DNA of 41,086 nt, taken from the NCBI GenBank assembly GCA_964609345.1, contig CAZSSI010000001.1, positions 1 to 41,086 of the forward strand, read 5' to 3'. The notes under the pieces are model-generated. The model did not search any database and was not told the origin of the DNA. It saw only the letters and a program-made list of their open reading frames with translations. Source of the stretch: an uncultured Verrucomicrobiota bacterium. GTDB lineage: Bacteria > Verrucomicrobiota > Kiritimatiellia > Kiritimatiellales > Tichowtungiaceae. The translations under genes were made by a program, and so were the position numbers. This document shows, piece by piece, positions 30,150-37,988 of this stretch (its first letter is position 1; the number at the start of each line of letters is the position of its first letter).

Positions 30150-31229
30150 ATGGCGCGTGCGTATAATTTCAGTGCGGGGCCGGCGATTCTGCCGACCGAA
30201 GTTCTTCAAGAGGCTCAGCGGGATCTGCTGGATTACAAAGGGACCGGCATGTCCATTATGGAAATGAGTCACCGAGGTAAGGAATACACCGCCGTGCACG
30301 AAGAGGCGATTACCAATCTCAAAACCCTGTTGAAAGTTCCGGACAACTACAGCATCCTGTTCATGACCGGCGGCGCGACCAGCCAGTTTTCGTTTGTTCC
30401 GATGAACCTGCTCGGTGCCGGACAGACGGCTGACTACATCAACGCCGGTTCGTGGGGCACAGGCGCGGTGAAGGCCGCCAAGAAGCTCGGTAAGATCAAC
30501 GTGATCGCCGACACCTCGAAAGAGATTCCGACCCGTATGCCGGAAAACAGCGAACTGAAGTTTACCGCTGACGCCGCTTACGTTCACATCACCTCCAACG
30601 AAACCATCGCCGGAACGCAGGTTAAGGAGTTTCCGAAAACCAAAGCGCCGCTGGTGGCCGATATGTCGTCCGACATTCTGTCGCGCCCAATCGACGTTTC
30701 GCAGTTCGGCCTCATCTATGCCGGCGCGCAGAAAAACCTCGCTCCGGCCGGCGTAACGCTGGTGATTATCCGTAACGATCTGGCCGAACGCGCGCCGGAA
30801 ACGCTGCCGGAACTGTTTCAGTACCGCGCCTTCATCGAAGAAAACTCGCTGAAGAACACGCCGCCGACGTTCCCGATCTACATCATCATGCTGGTCACTC
30901 GCTGGCTGATGGCCAGAGGCGGACTCGAAGGTATGCAGAAGATCAACGACGCCAAAGCGGCCAAGCTTTACGCGGCGATTGACGCCTCCAGCTTCTACAA
31001 AGGAACTGCGGTGAAGGAACACCGTTCACCGATGAACGTCACGTTCCGCCTGCCGACCGAAGAGCTGGAAGAGGCCTTCATCAAAGCGGCGTCTAAGCTG
31101 GGCATGACCAGCCTCAAGGGACACCGCTCGGTCGGCGGCGTTCGAGCTTCGATTTACAATGCTTTCCCGATGGAAGGTATCGATGCGCTGGTTGCCTTCA
31201 TGAAGGAATTCGAAGCCAAGAACAGCTAA
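30150..31229 (+). CDS. serC: phosphoserine aminotransferase
   Basis: NFSAGPAILP, EMSHRG, SNETI, DMSSD, YAGAQKN, NTPPTF, GHRSVGG.RASIYNA. Confidence 0.97.
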   Translation: MARAYNFSAGPAILPTEVLQEAQRDLLDYKGTGMSIMEMSHRGKEYTAVHEEAITNLKTLLKVPDNYSILFMTGGATSQFSFVPMNLLGAGQTADYINAGSWGTGAVKAAKKLGKINVIADTSKEIPTRMPENSELKFTADAAYVHITSNETIAGTQVKEFPKTKAPLVADMSSDILSRPIDVSQFGLIYAGAQKNLAPAGVTLVIIRNDLAERAPETLPELFQYRAFIEENSLKNTPPTFPIYIIMLVTRWLMARGGLEGMQKINDAKAAKLYAAIDASSFYKGTAVKEHRSPMNVTFRLPTEELEEAFIKAASKLGMTSLKGHRSVGGVRASIYNAFPMEGIDALVAFMKEFEAKNS

Positions 31230-31250
31230 GACCTGATCCCGGCTCGACCG

Positions 31251-31288
31251 AAAATCCGCCACTGCGTTCGCGCGGCGGCGGATTTTTT
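31251..31288. terminator. bidirectional terminator
   Basis: AAAATCCGCC...GGCGGATTTTTT between convergent genes. Confidence 0.8.
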
Positions 31289-32480
31289 ATTTGGCGGTCT
31301 TGACGGGAATGCGGATTTGCAACGCCGATACCAGATTGACAGCGGCCACGGCGGCACCGATCAGGAAGACGTATTGGTAGCCGAACTTTTGCCAGATGCA
31401 TCCGCACAGAATGGCGGTCGAAATGGAGAAGATATGGTCGATGCTGGTCGAGGCCGACAGCGCGGGCATGATGTGATCAGGCTCCAGCGCGATTTTTTTC
31501 AGGTAGGTGGCGCGAGCCATGCCGACCGATATCAGGATCTGGTCGGCGATATAGCATCCGCCGGTGACAAGCAGGGCGACGGACGTTGAAAACAGTTTTC
31601 CGGCGAAACCGTAGAGCAGGCAGACGCCGATCAGCACCAGCGCTTCACCGGCCAGTACAAACCGCTCGCCCTTGGTGTCGATCAGTCGTCCGAACATCGG
31701 CTGAAGGATGATGCCGAGAATTCCGCCAATGGTCATCAGGATGGCGATGTTCTGCACGGGCTGAGCAAAAACTTTAACCAGCACCCATGGCGCGAAGGTG
31801 AGGAAGATTTGTTTGCGGGTGCCGTAGAGAATTGAGAGCCAGTAAAACATCCGATACCGCTTGTGGAGCGTCAGGTGCATCGACGGCGGATGCGGACGGC
31901 TGACTTTCATCCGGTAAAGCATGATCGCTCCGCAGAGAAACCCCGCCGAGGCGGTCAGGAATGAATATGAAAAATTGAGGTGCAGCCAGTGAAATCCGGC
32001 GAAGACGAAGAAGGCTCCGCCGATTGCGCAGAAGTTGCGGATGGCGTTAATTTGGCCGAGCCGTCGTCCGTCCTGTCCTTCGCGAGCCAGCTCCATGCCG
32101 ATGCCGGACTGGAGCGGAATCATCAGGTGCTGGCCGGTGCTGTAAATAAAAAGGCAAGCTAGGGCGATAATCAGCGAATTCGAACTGAACGCGATCAGTG
32201 TCAGTCCGATGGAACACAGCGCCAGCGCGAACGCGGCCAGCCGCCGGTTGCACAGGAAGAAGAGCAGGGCGGAGAAAAACATCACCAGCAGGCCGGGTGT
32301 TTCGCGGGGAATTTCAATCAGCGTCCGGGTCAGACTGCTGACGGTGAATGTTTCATTCAGAAAATTATTAAAGACCGCCTCTAAGATGCTGCCGGAAAAA
32401 CTGGCGATGGCGACGGCCGTCAGAAAGCGGCGGACATCGCCGCCGGTATTTGCGAAACGTTCTTTCAGGTATTTGATCAT
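31287..32480 (-). CDS. MFS transporter
   Basis: About 12 hydrophobic segments; GRLIDTKGER MFS loop motif. Confidence 0.85.
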   Translation of the reverse strand: MIKYLKERFANTGGDVRRFLTAVAIASFSGSILEAVFNNFLNETFTVSSLTRTLIEIPRETPGLLVMFFSALLFFLCNRRLAAFALALCSIGLTLIAFSSNSLIIALACLFIYSTGQHLMIPLQSGIGMELAREGQDGRRLGQINAIRNFCAIGGAFFVFAGFHWLHLNFSYSFLTASAGFLCGAIMLYRMKVSRPHPPSMHLTLHKRYRMFYWLSILYGTRKQIFLTFAPWVLVKVFAQPVQNIAILMTIGGILGIILQPMFGRLIDTKGERFVLAGEALVLIGVCLLYGFAGKLFSTSVALLVTGGCYIADQILISVGMARATYLKKIALEPDHIMPALSASTSIDHIFSISTAILCGCIWQKFGYQYVFLIGAAVAAVNLVSALQIRIPVKTAK

Positions 32481-32493
32481 GACGAGCGAAAAT

Positions 32494-32739
32494 TTAAAAA
32501 TGACGTCTGGAGAATTCTCTTCCTGAACCGCTTTTCAGATACAGTTCAAAAGCTATGGCTTTCTCTTGGGAGTTGAAAGCAATCGCCGTTTCAATATTCC
32601 ACGGACGAAATTTTGCGGTATGGGGGCATCCGCCTTGATTATGTGTTTGCAGACGAGCCTGAAGATCTGTTGTGCGGCCGACATAGTGGTGCTCACCCAG
32701 TTCGCTCTTCAAAATATAAACGTAATAAGCGCCATTCAT
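32494..32739 (-). CDS. small stand-alone GIY-YIG nuclease
   Basis: YYVYILKS...HYVGRTTDLQARLQTHNQG...TAKFRPW...AIAFELYLKSGSGR. Confidence 0.88.
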   Translation of the reverse strand: MNGAYYVYILKSELGEHHYVGRTTDLQARLQTHNQGGCPHTAKFRPWNIETAIAFNSQEKAIAFELYLKSGSGREFSRRHF

Positions 32740-32800
32740 AAGAGGGCCTGCCAAGCCGTAGACGATGAGCCGAAAATATCCGACAACATTTTCTACACAA

Positions 32801-32865
32801 GTCCGCCTTCGCCAAAGCTCCGGCGTGACAGCCTTCGCGATTCGCCTTGCTCATCGCGAAGGCTG
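32801..32865. repeat. REP-like palindromic repeat plus hairpin abutting the tRNA 3' fragment
   Basis: CCTTCGCCAAAGCTCCGGC (similar copy CCTTCGCCAAGGCTACGGC at 30019); 13-bp stem CAGCCTTCGCGAT / ATCGCGAAGGCTG. Confidence 0.6.
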
Positions 32866-32907
32866 GTGCACCTGCCGGGAGTCGAACACAGATCACCGGC
32901 TTCGGAG
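32864..32907 (-). repeat. att direct repeat (displaced 3' part of tRNA-Arg(CCG))
   Basis: 42/44 identical to 41043-41086. Confidence 0.93.
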
Positions 32908-33050
32908 GCTAGTGCATAAATTAGAAAATACAGTGTTTTTTGACTTTATATTAGATAACTTTCCGTTTTCTTTCCAAATATGGCTTGTTTTGCTCAACTG
33001 ATTGTCTTATACACTCAGGCGTTATCAGAAAGCAAGTGAGCGGGGTTTAT

Positions 33051-34616
33051 ATGAGTTTGGTTTTGCGGAAAGAATCAAGATGGTGGTACGGCCGCTACTC
33101 GGTTGACGGCAAGGAATTCGTCAAAAACCTACAGGTTGAAGTCAGGGGTACCCGTCCGGCAAAACTGAAAGACACTGGAAGCGTTCACTTTGAAAATTCA
33201 CGGGGTGAGGCACAGTCCGCGCTTGATAAGCTGATTGATGAAGTCGAATCGGGGAAAAGCGAAGCGAAGCTGGCAGAAGCAGTTTATGAGGCCCGCGCCG
33301 GAAAGAAGCTGAAACGCTATCGGATTCAAGACCTTTCCCAAATCTGGCTCGACCATCCCCGCCGCCGCCCTCTGTCAGAGTTCCACCGGAAAATAACAGT
33401 TTCTAGACTGGATAGTTTCACTACCTATCTGCAAACCCATTATCCGAAACTGACGCGGATTGACCAGTTGAACCCGGTTCATGTTCAATCCTTCCTTGAT
33501 GGTCTGGAGCAAGACGGCGGAGTGACCGCCGAAACAAGAAACAAGTACCTCATCCCGATCAAGGCGGTTTTGAAAAGGGCGGGAGTTCCCGCCGCCAAAG
33601 AGATTTTAGCCAAAGACGTGGAAACCGTTTTTCGCAAGCCGTATACCATCGAAGAGTTGAACGCTATCCTTGAAGCGGCCCCTTCCGACCCGCTGATTTA
33701 TTCCTTGGTGGTAACGGCGGCATGTACGGCTATGCGCCGGAAAGATTGCTGTTTTCTGAGATGGGATTCTGTCGATTTTGAAGCTGGGTTTATCACCGTC
33801 AAAACCAGCAAAACGGGGCAGGTAGTCGATATTCCGATGTCCAATCTGCTACATGCTGAGATATTAAACCAGCGGGGCAACGGTTCGGACTATGTGTTCC
33901 CTGATGCGAAACTTTTGTACGAAGCCGATCCAACGGCGATTTCCCGCCGATTTCAAGCCGTCTTGCGTCGCGCCGGATTTGATGACGGACACGAGCCTCT
34001 GGCGGAGCGCAAAATTGATCTTTGCACAGATGAAGAGATTTATCGGGCGGCCTTAAAAAATTATACGGGTGAAAAACTTGTCCGCATTCAGGCGGTGCTA
34101 AAGGTCTATCTGGCGGGTAACTGTGTTGAGAAAAGCGCGAAGCTGGCTGGAGTCAGTCAAAGCACAGTCTCGCTATACCTGAACGAACTGGAAGGGCATC
34201 TAGGCAAAGCGTTCATTCGCGGCAAGTGCAGACCAGTTCACGGCGTTGCACTGCCGACACGCGGCAAAATCAGCGAAGAGCGGGCACAAGGAAAGAACCG
34301 GGCCTCTGTGCGAGACTTCCATTCATTCCGCACAACCTTTGTCACGCTGGCCCTGATGCGCGGCCTGCCGATCGACATCGTGCGGAAGATCACCGGACAC
34401 CAAACAGTTGACGTGGTAACGAAGCACTATTTTCGTCCGGAACGGGAGCAACTCAAAGCCGCCATGCAGAAGGCTCTGCCCGGACTGCTGACCAGCGCGG
34501 CCAAACCATTCACCCCTGCCGAACGCGCCGCCGAGGTCTTGCGCTCCGCCGGTTCTAAGGATTGGAAAAACAAAATCAGCGACGCATTGAAAATTTTAGA
34601 GGGGGATCTGACATGA
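33051..34616 (+). CDS. tyrosine recombinase/integrase with an HTH-like insertion
   Basis: TAMRRKD (R), KTSKT (K), DFHSFRTTF (HxxR), ITGH, KHY (Y); adjacent to att. Confidence 0.92.
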   Translation: MSLVLRKESRWWYGRYSVDGKEFVKNLQVEVRGTRPAKLKDTGSVHFENSRGEAQSALDKLIDEVESGKSEAKLAEAVYEARAGKKLKRYRIQDLSQIWLDHPRRRPLSEFHRKITVSRLDSFTTYLQTHYPKLTRIDQLNPVHVQSFLDGLEQDGGVTAETRNKYLIPIKAVLKRAGVPAAKEILAKDVETVFRKPYTIEELNAILEAAPSDPLIYSLVVTAACTAMRRKDCCFLRWDSVDFEAGFITVKTSKTGQVVDIPMSNLLHAEILNQRGNGSDYVFPDAKLLYEADPTAISRRFQAVLRRAGFDDGHEPLAERKIDLCTDEEIYRAALKNYTGEKLVRIQAVLKVYLAGNCVEKSAKLAGVSQSTVSLYLNELEGHLGKAFIRGKCRPVHGVALPTRGKISEERAQGKNRASVRDFHSFRTTFVTLALMRGLPIDIVRKITGHQTVDVVTKHYFRPEREQLKAAMQKALPGLLTSAAKPFTPAERAAEVLRSAGSKDWKNKISDALKILEGDLT

Positions 34617-34909
34617 CCGCTAAAGCCGAAGATATTGCCGCCGTATTCTCTGCCGCTTTGGAACATTTGAAAGACGGTGCTTTCGGGGTGTCAATTCGCA
34701 ACCTGCCGGACGGTGTTTTGATCGAGAGGGTTGATCCGTTGCTGAATGTCAGTGAGGTCGCAGAGATAATCCGGTTCACCCCCGCCACTGTTCGCGAGAT
34801 GGCCCGCAAGGGGCTTTTGCACCCGATCAAGAGCAAAGGATTTGGTGGAAGCCTGCGCTTCCGTAAAAGTCGCCTGGTGGCGGATATGAAGCGTATGGAA
34901 GATTTATAG
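34613..34909 (+). CDS. excisionase-like HTH (HTH_17/MerR-like) protein
   Basis: LLNVSEVAEIIRFTPATVREMARKGLL...LRFRKS; ATGA-coupled to the integrase. Confidence 0.8.
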   Translation: MTAKAEDIAAVFSAALEHLKDGAFGVSIRNLPDGVLIERVDPLLNVSEVAEIIRFTPATVREMARKGLLHPIKSKGFGGSLRFRKSRLVADMKRMEDL

Positions 34910-34999
34910 AATTTTCCGGCGGGTGCCGGAATAGAAGCGACCGCGCCGGGCGATGAGGCCCGGCACGGTCTAGACCACAACCAACGAAAGGCGAAGGTT

Positions 35000-35311
35000 A
35001 TGACCCAGAGAAAGCATAGCAAGAAAACGGCGGAGCAGAAAATCCAAATCACCCTGACGGCAGAGAACACGGAGAATCTACGCTTCGCGGCGAAGATGTC
35101 CGGGATTGAGCCGGAACGAATCGTGAACGAATGGCTTCTGCTGGATCTGCTGCGGGAAGTCCGCAACCCCGGCAGTGGCGCATTGCGCGACTTAATCGGC
35201 ATGACTGTTTATTACGATCCGGCGGAAGCCGAAGAGGTGAAACAGCGCGTTGCCGATTGGGAACGGGCGGCAGATCGTGACTTGGGGCCGGTGGAAGTTG
35301 CCGCCGCATAG
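35000..35311 (+). CDS. hypothetical protein with a possible ribbon-helix-helix N-terminus
   Basis: KIQITLTAENTENLRFAAKMSGIEPERIV resembles the CopG/RHH pattern; SD GAAGG. Confidence 0.55.
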   Translation: MTQRKHSKKTAEQKIQITLTAENTENLRFAAKMSGIEPERIVNEWLLLDLLREVRNPGSGALRDLIGMTVYYDPAEAEEVKQRVADWERAADRDLGPVEVAAA

Positions 35312-35386
35312 CACAACCGGAGCGACCGGCGGCAGGGTTTTCCCGCCGTCGGGACGTTTCCAAGGTTTGGAAAAAGGGGTTCGATT

Positions 35387-36091
35387 ATGGCGACTTATGC
35401 GATGGGAAAAAGCGCGGCTGAAATAAACGAGAGTCATAAAAACCGGCTCAGTGAAAAAACGCAAACAGCTATCTGCGAAACTTTGAAGAGCGCGGGCATA
35501 GACGGCGGGCAGGCCGCGTTATTCGCCGCGGCGATTGATGTGGCAGAGGTCGCTCGCTGTGGAAAATTTCCGATCCTATCGAATCCAGAAAAAGACCGCC
35601 GCCGCAAACAATACATGCAGCTTAAAAACGCACTCGATCGAATGGATGAATCTGCGGTGAAATGTTTGGAAGAGTTTCTTGCTTCGGCCATGTGGTCTAA
35701 AATGGACGATGATAAACGCATTCCCGAGCTACCTCGAATCACGCTAAAAAGTGCCCCGTATTTGACCGGCGAACTTAAACGCTCCGTCGCCATAGCTGTT
35801 GATGAAACCACGGCGAAAAAAGGAATACAAACACTGTCTGCACAGCCAGAAGTCTTGCGCCGCCGCTTAGCGCTACGGTGCATAATGGATGTTTGGAAAT
35901 GGTACATTAAGCACCCGGTAACGGCATCCGGTGAAGTAAAAAGTCCGTTTGAGCATGTGGCTCATGTGATTTTAGACAAGGCTAAACTCAACCCGCCGGA
36001 CGATCTTAAGCGGGATGTGAACGCGGCTAAAAAAATGCCAGAAAATAGGCCAATTTCATTCTCATTTTTTTTGGACGCCAATTTGCCGTAA
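35387..36091 (+). CDS. hypothetical protein
   Basis: 234-aa ORF co-oriented with the element genes, SD AGGGG; no motif recognised. Confidence 0.6.
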   Translation: MATYAMGKSAAEINESHKNRLSEKTQTAICETLKSAGIDGGQAALFAAAIDVAEVARCGKFPILSNPEKDRRRKQYMQLKNALDRMDESAVKCLEEFLASAMWSKMDDDKRIPELPRITLKSAPYLTGELKRSVAIAVDETTAKKGIQTLSAQPEVLRRRLALRCIMDVWKWYIKHPVTASGEVKSPFEHVAHVILDKAKLNPPDDLKRDVNAAKKMPENRPISFSFFLDANLP

Positions 36092-36173
36092 TCCGGCGAA
36101 ACTGTGTCCGCATCAAAAATTTGGAAAACCGCCGCGTCAGTCATAGTCTGTTGCCACGAGATAGGAGCAGATT

Positions 36174-36494
36174 ATGAACTCAATACAGCAATTAGAAGCA
36201 GAGGTTAAACAGGTGCCGGGCGCAATTCTTGCGGCAGGCGTTAGTCTATTCGCCCCATTTTGCCCCGGCCTCACTCCGGAACGGTTGCGTTCCGCGATCA
36301 CCTTTCAGCCAGAAGGCGGCAAGATCGAATCATTAATCACCCGCCGGAATACGGCGCAGGCTCTTGGTGTTTCTACCGTTAGCGTGGATAGGATGCTGCG
36401 GGACGGGCAGCTTCCGCGTCGCCGCATTCGTGGAAGAGTTCTCATACCTTCGAGCGCGATCGAGGCCATTATTTCCGGCGGAGGCTCTAAATGA
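36174..36494 (+). CDS. AlpA/Xis-like HTH DNA-binding protein
   Basis: LITRRNTAQALGVSTVSVDRMLRDGQL..RRIRGRVLIP; SD AGGAG. Confidence 0.8.
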   Translation: MNSIQQLEAEVKQVPGAILAAGVSLFAPFCPGLTPERLRSAITFQPEGGKIESLITRRNTAQALGVSTVSVDRMLRDGQLPRRRIRGRVLIPSSAIEAIISGGGSK

Positions 36495-36631
36495 AGCGAC
36501 TTTTTAAAAGCCTCTTTCGCGTTGCGCTGGCGTATGCGGCCGTTTTTGTTGCCGCCTGCCGGTGTATTTTCCCGGTTCTGCGCGTTCTGCGCGTCGCTCT
36601 AAAACTTAAAAAATCGGGAGTTATCCAATGA
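36491..36631 (+). CDS. 46-aa basic/hydrophobic peptide (not in the ORF track)
   Basis: MKRLFKSLFRVALAYAAVFVAACRCIFPVLRVLRVALKLKKSGVIQ*; ATGA overlaps with both neighbours. Confidence 0.6.
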   Translation: MKRLFKSLFRVALAYAAVFVAACRCIFPVLRVLRVALKLKKSGVIQ

Positions 36632-37710
36632 TCGGAAACAACGATATAAATCTAAAAATCGGCGCGACGGACGCCACCGGCACCGCCTTCAAATCTGCCG
36701 AACAAAAAATGAAATCCTTTGTAGGCATGGCAAAGGGTGCCATGGGTACGCTTGGTATCGGACTGGGGGTCGGTGCATCTGTTTCTATATTGAAAAACCT
36801 AGCAGGCGGAGCGCTGGCCTATGCGGACAGCATTTCGGACGCATCATCCGCCACGCAGACGTCGACCGACTCATTACAGGTTTTCCGCTATATGGCCGAA
36901 CGCTCTGGAGCCAAGGCCGAGCAGATGGACAAGGCGCTGATAAACATGAACGATTCTGCCGTGCAAGCCGCCGATGGTTTGGGCGCACAGGCTGACTCAC
37001 TGAGGACTCTGGGAATTAATTATAAAGCATTTTTTGCGATGAACAGCGAACAGCGTTTCGGTGCAATCGCCGCAGCGGTAAAAAATGCCGCCAATCAAAA
37101 CGTGGCGCTCTCCGCGGCGTCTGACCTTATGGGAGCAAAAAACGCTCCGAAACTCCTAGCGGCCATGCTCGAATATGGAGCAATCGGAATGGCTGCCGCC
37201 CTAGAATTAACCAAAAAAAACGGAGTATATCTCGATAAAGAAATGACCGCACAGCTTGATAGTGCGGATCGGAAAATAACGGACTTTAACAACCGCATGA
37301 AGTTAAAAATGGGCGCTCCTCTTGCCGTTTTTGGATCGGATATTTTGGGCGTTCCAGATATGTTCCGAAATGCCCCAAAGGGGTTTGGTGGTGAGTTGGT
37401 TAGTCAGTTTATAAACCCCGGAAAAGTTGGAGATGCTGCGTGGAAATACTGGGTTCGGGGAGATCGGTTCACTCCGACACCGGTCACTCCGACACCGGTC
37501 ACTCCGGCAGCGCCATCGCCGGCCGGAAGCGGCTTTATTCTCGAGCCCTCTACCGGGAAAAGCACCACGTTCGGCCCGAACGGTGAAGCCATGCTCGAGG
37601 CAGAAATCAAACGGCTGGGTGACTTAAATGTTTTTCTGGCCGAAACGCTGAAAAACACCAACGACAAAACCGAACGGTTGTCCAACCAGATAAAGACAGG
37701 CCGCAATTAA
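36628..37710 (+). CDS. short phage tail tape-measure-like protein (360 aa)
   Basis: INLKIGATDATGTAFKS N-terminus; Gly/Ala-rich amphipathic helices; ADSISDAS..TQTSTDSLQVFRYMAERSG...LRTLGI...EQRFGAIA pattern typical of TMPs. Confidence 0.7.
   Translation: MIGNNDINLKIGATDATGTAFKSAEQKMKSFVGMAKGAMGTLGIGLGVGASVSILKNLAGGALAYADSISDASSATQTSTDSLQVFRYMAERSGAKAEQMDKALINMNDSAVQAADGLGAQADSLRTLGINYKAFFAMNSEQRFGAIAAAVKNAANQNVALSAASDLMGAKNAPKLLAAMLEYGAIGMAAALELTKKNGVYLDKEMTAQLDSADRKITDFNNRMKLKMGAPLAVFGSDILGVPDMFRNAPKGFGGELVSQFINPGKVGDAAWKYWVRGDRFTPTPVTPTPVTPAAPSPAGSGFILEPSTGKSTTFGPNGEAMLEAEIKRLGDLNVFLAETLKNTNDKTERLSNQIKTGRN
37471..37506 (+). repeat. 15-bp coding tandem repeat (TPTPV) x2.4
   Basis: ACTCCGACACCGGTC ACTCCGACACCGGTC ACTCCG. 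Confidence 0.85.
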
Positions 37711-37988
37711 TGAACAAACCCCGCGAAATCCACCCCGATGAGACTGCGCTTTCCGCCCTGCTGTCGGAATTTGATCGTTACGTCTGTGAAGCGGGAAAGG
37801 TGAAGCAAAACCCGAATAACCCCTACGATGTTCCGCCGTTTCGTAATACCAGCATCAAACTGCTCGATATTCGGACGGCAGAAAAACGGCATGCCGACGC
37901 CGTTGCTGCGATATTGAATAAACGGCGGATGGATAAATACGGGGCTGAAAGTTGCCTAACGAGAGAGGATCAGCCGTATTATGAATGA
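37710..37988 (+). CDS. hypothetical protein
   Basis: TAATG overlap with the upstream gene and 8-bp overlap with the helicase gene. Confidence 0.65.
   Translation: MNKPREIHPDETALSALLSEFDRYVCEAGKVKQNPNNPYDVPPFRNTSIKLLDIRTAEKRHADAVAAILNKRRMDKYGAESCLTREDQPYYE

Noticed and set aside
29874-31022. Long antisense ORFs (also 6376-7164, 10176-11006, 14230-15024)
   Set aside because: Shadow frames opposite well-supported genes (serC, argJ/argB, serA, gpmI), as expected with GC-rich codon bias.
32864-32907. Second complete tRNA-Arg gene
   Set aside because: Only the 3' half is present; the sequence beyond 32908 does not give a D-arm or acceptor 5' strand.
33051-34616. Integron integrase responsible for the solo cassette
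   Set aside because: It sits at a tRNA att site 27 kb away, is much longer than IntI and lacks recognisable IntI motifs.
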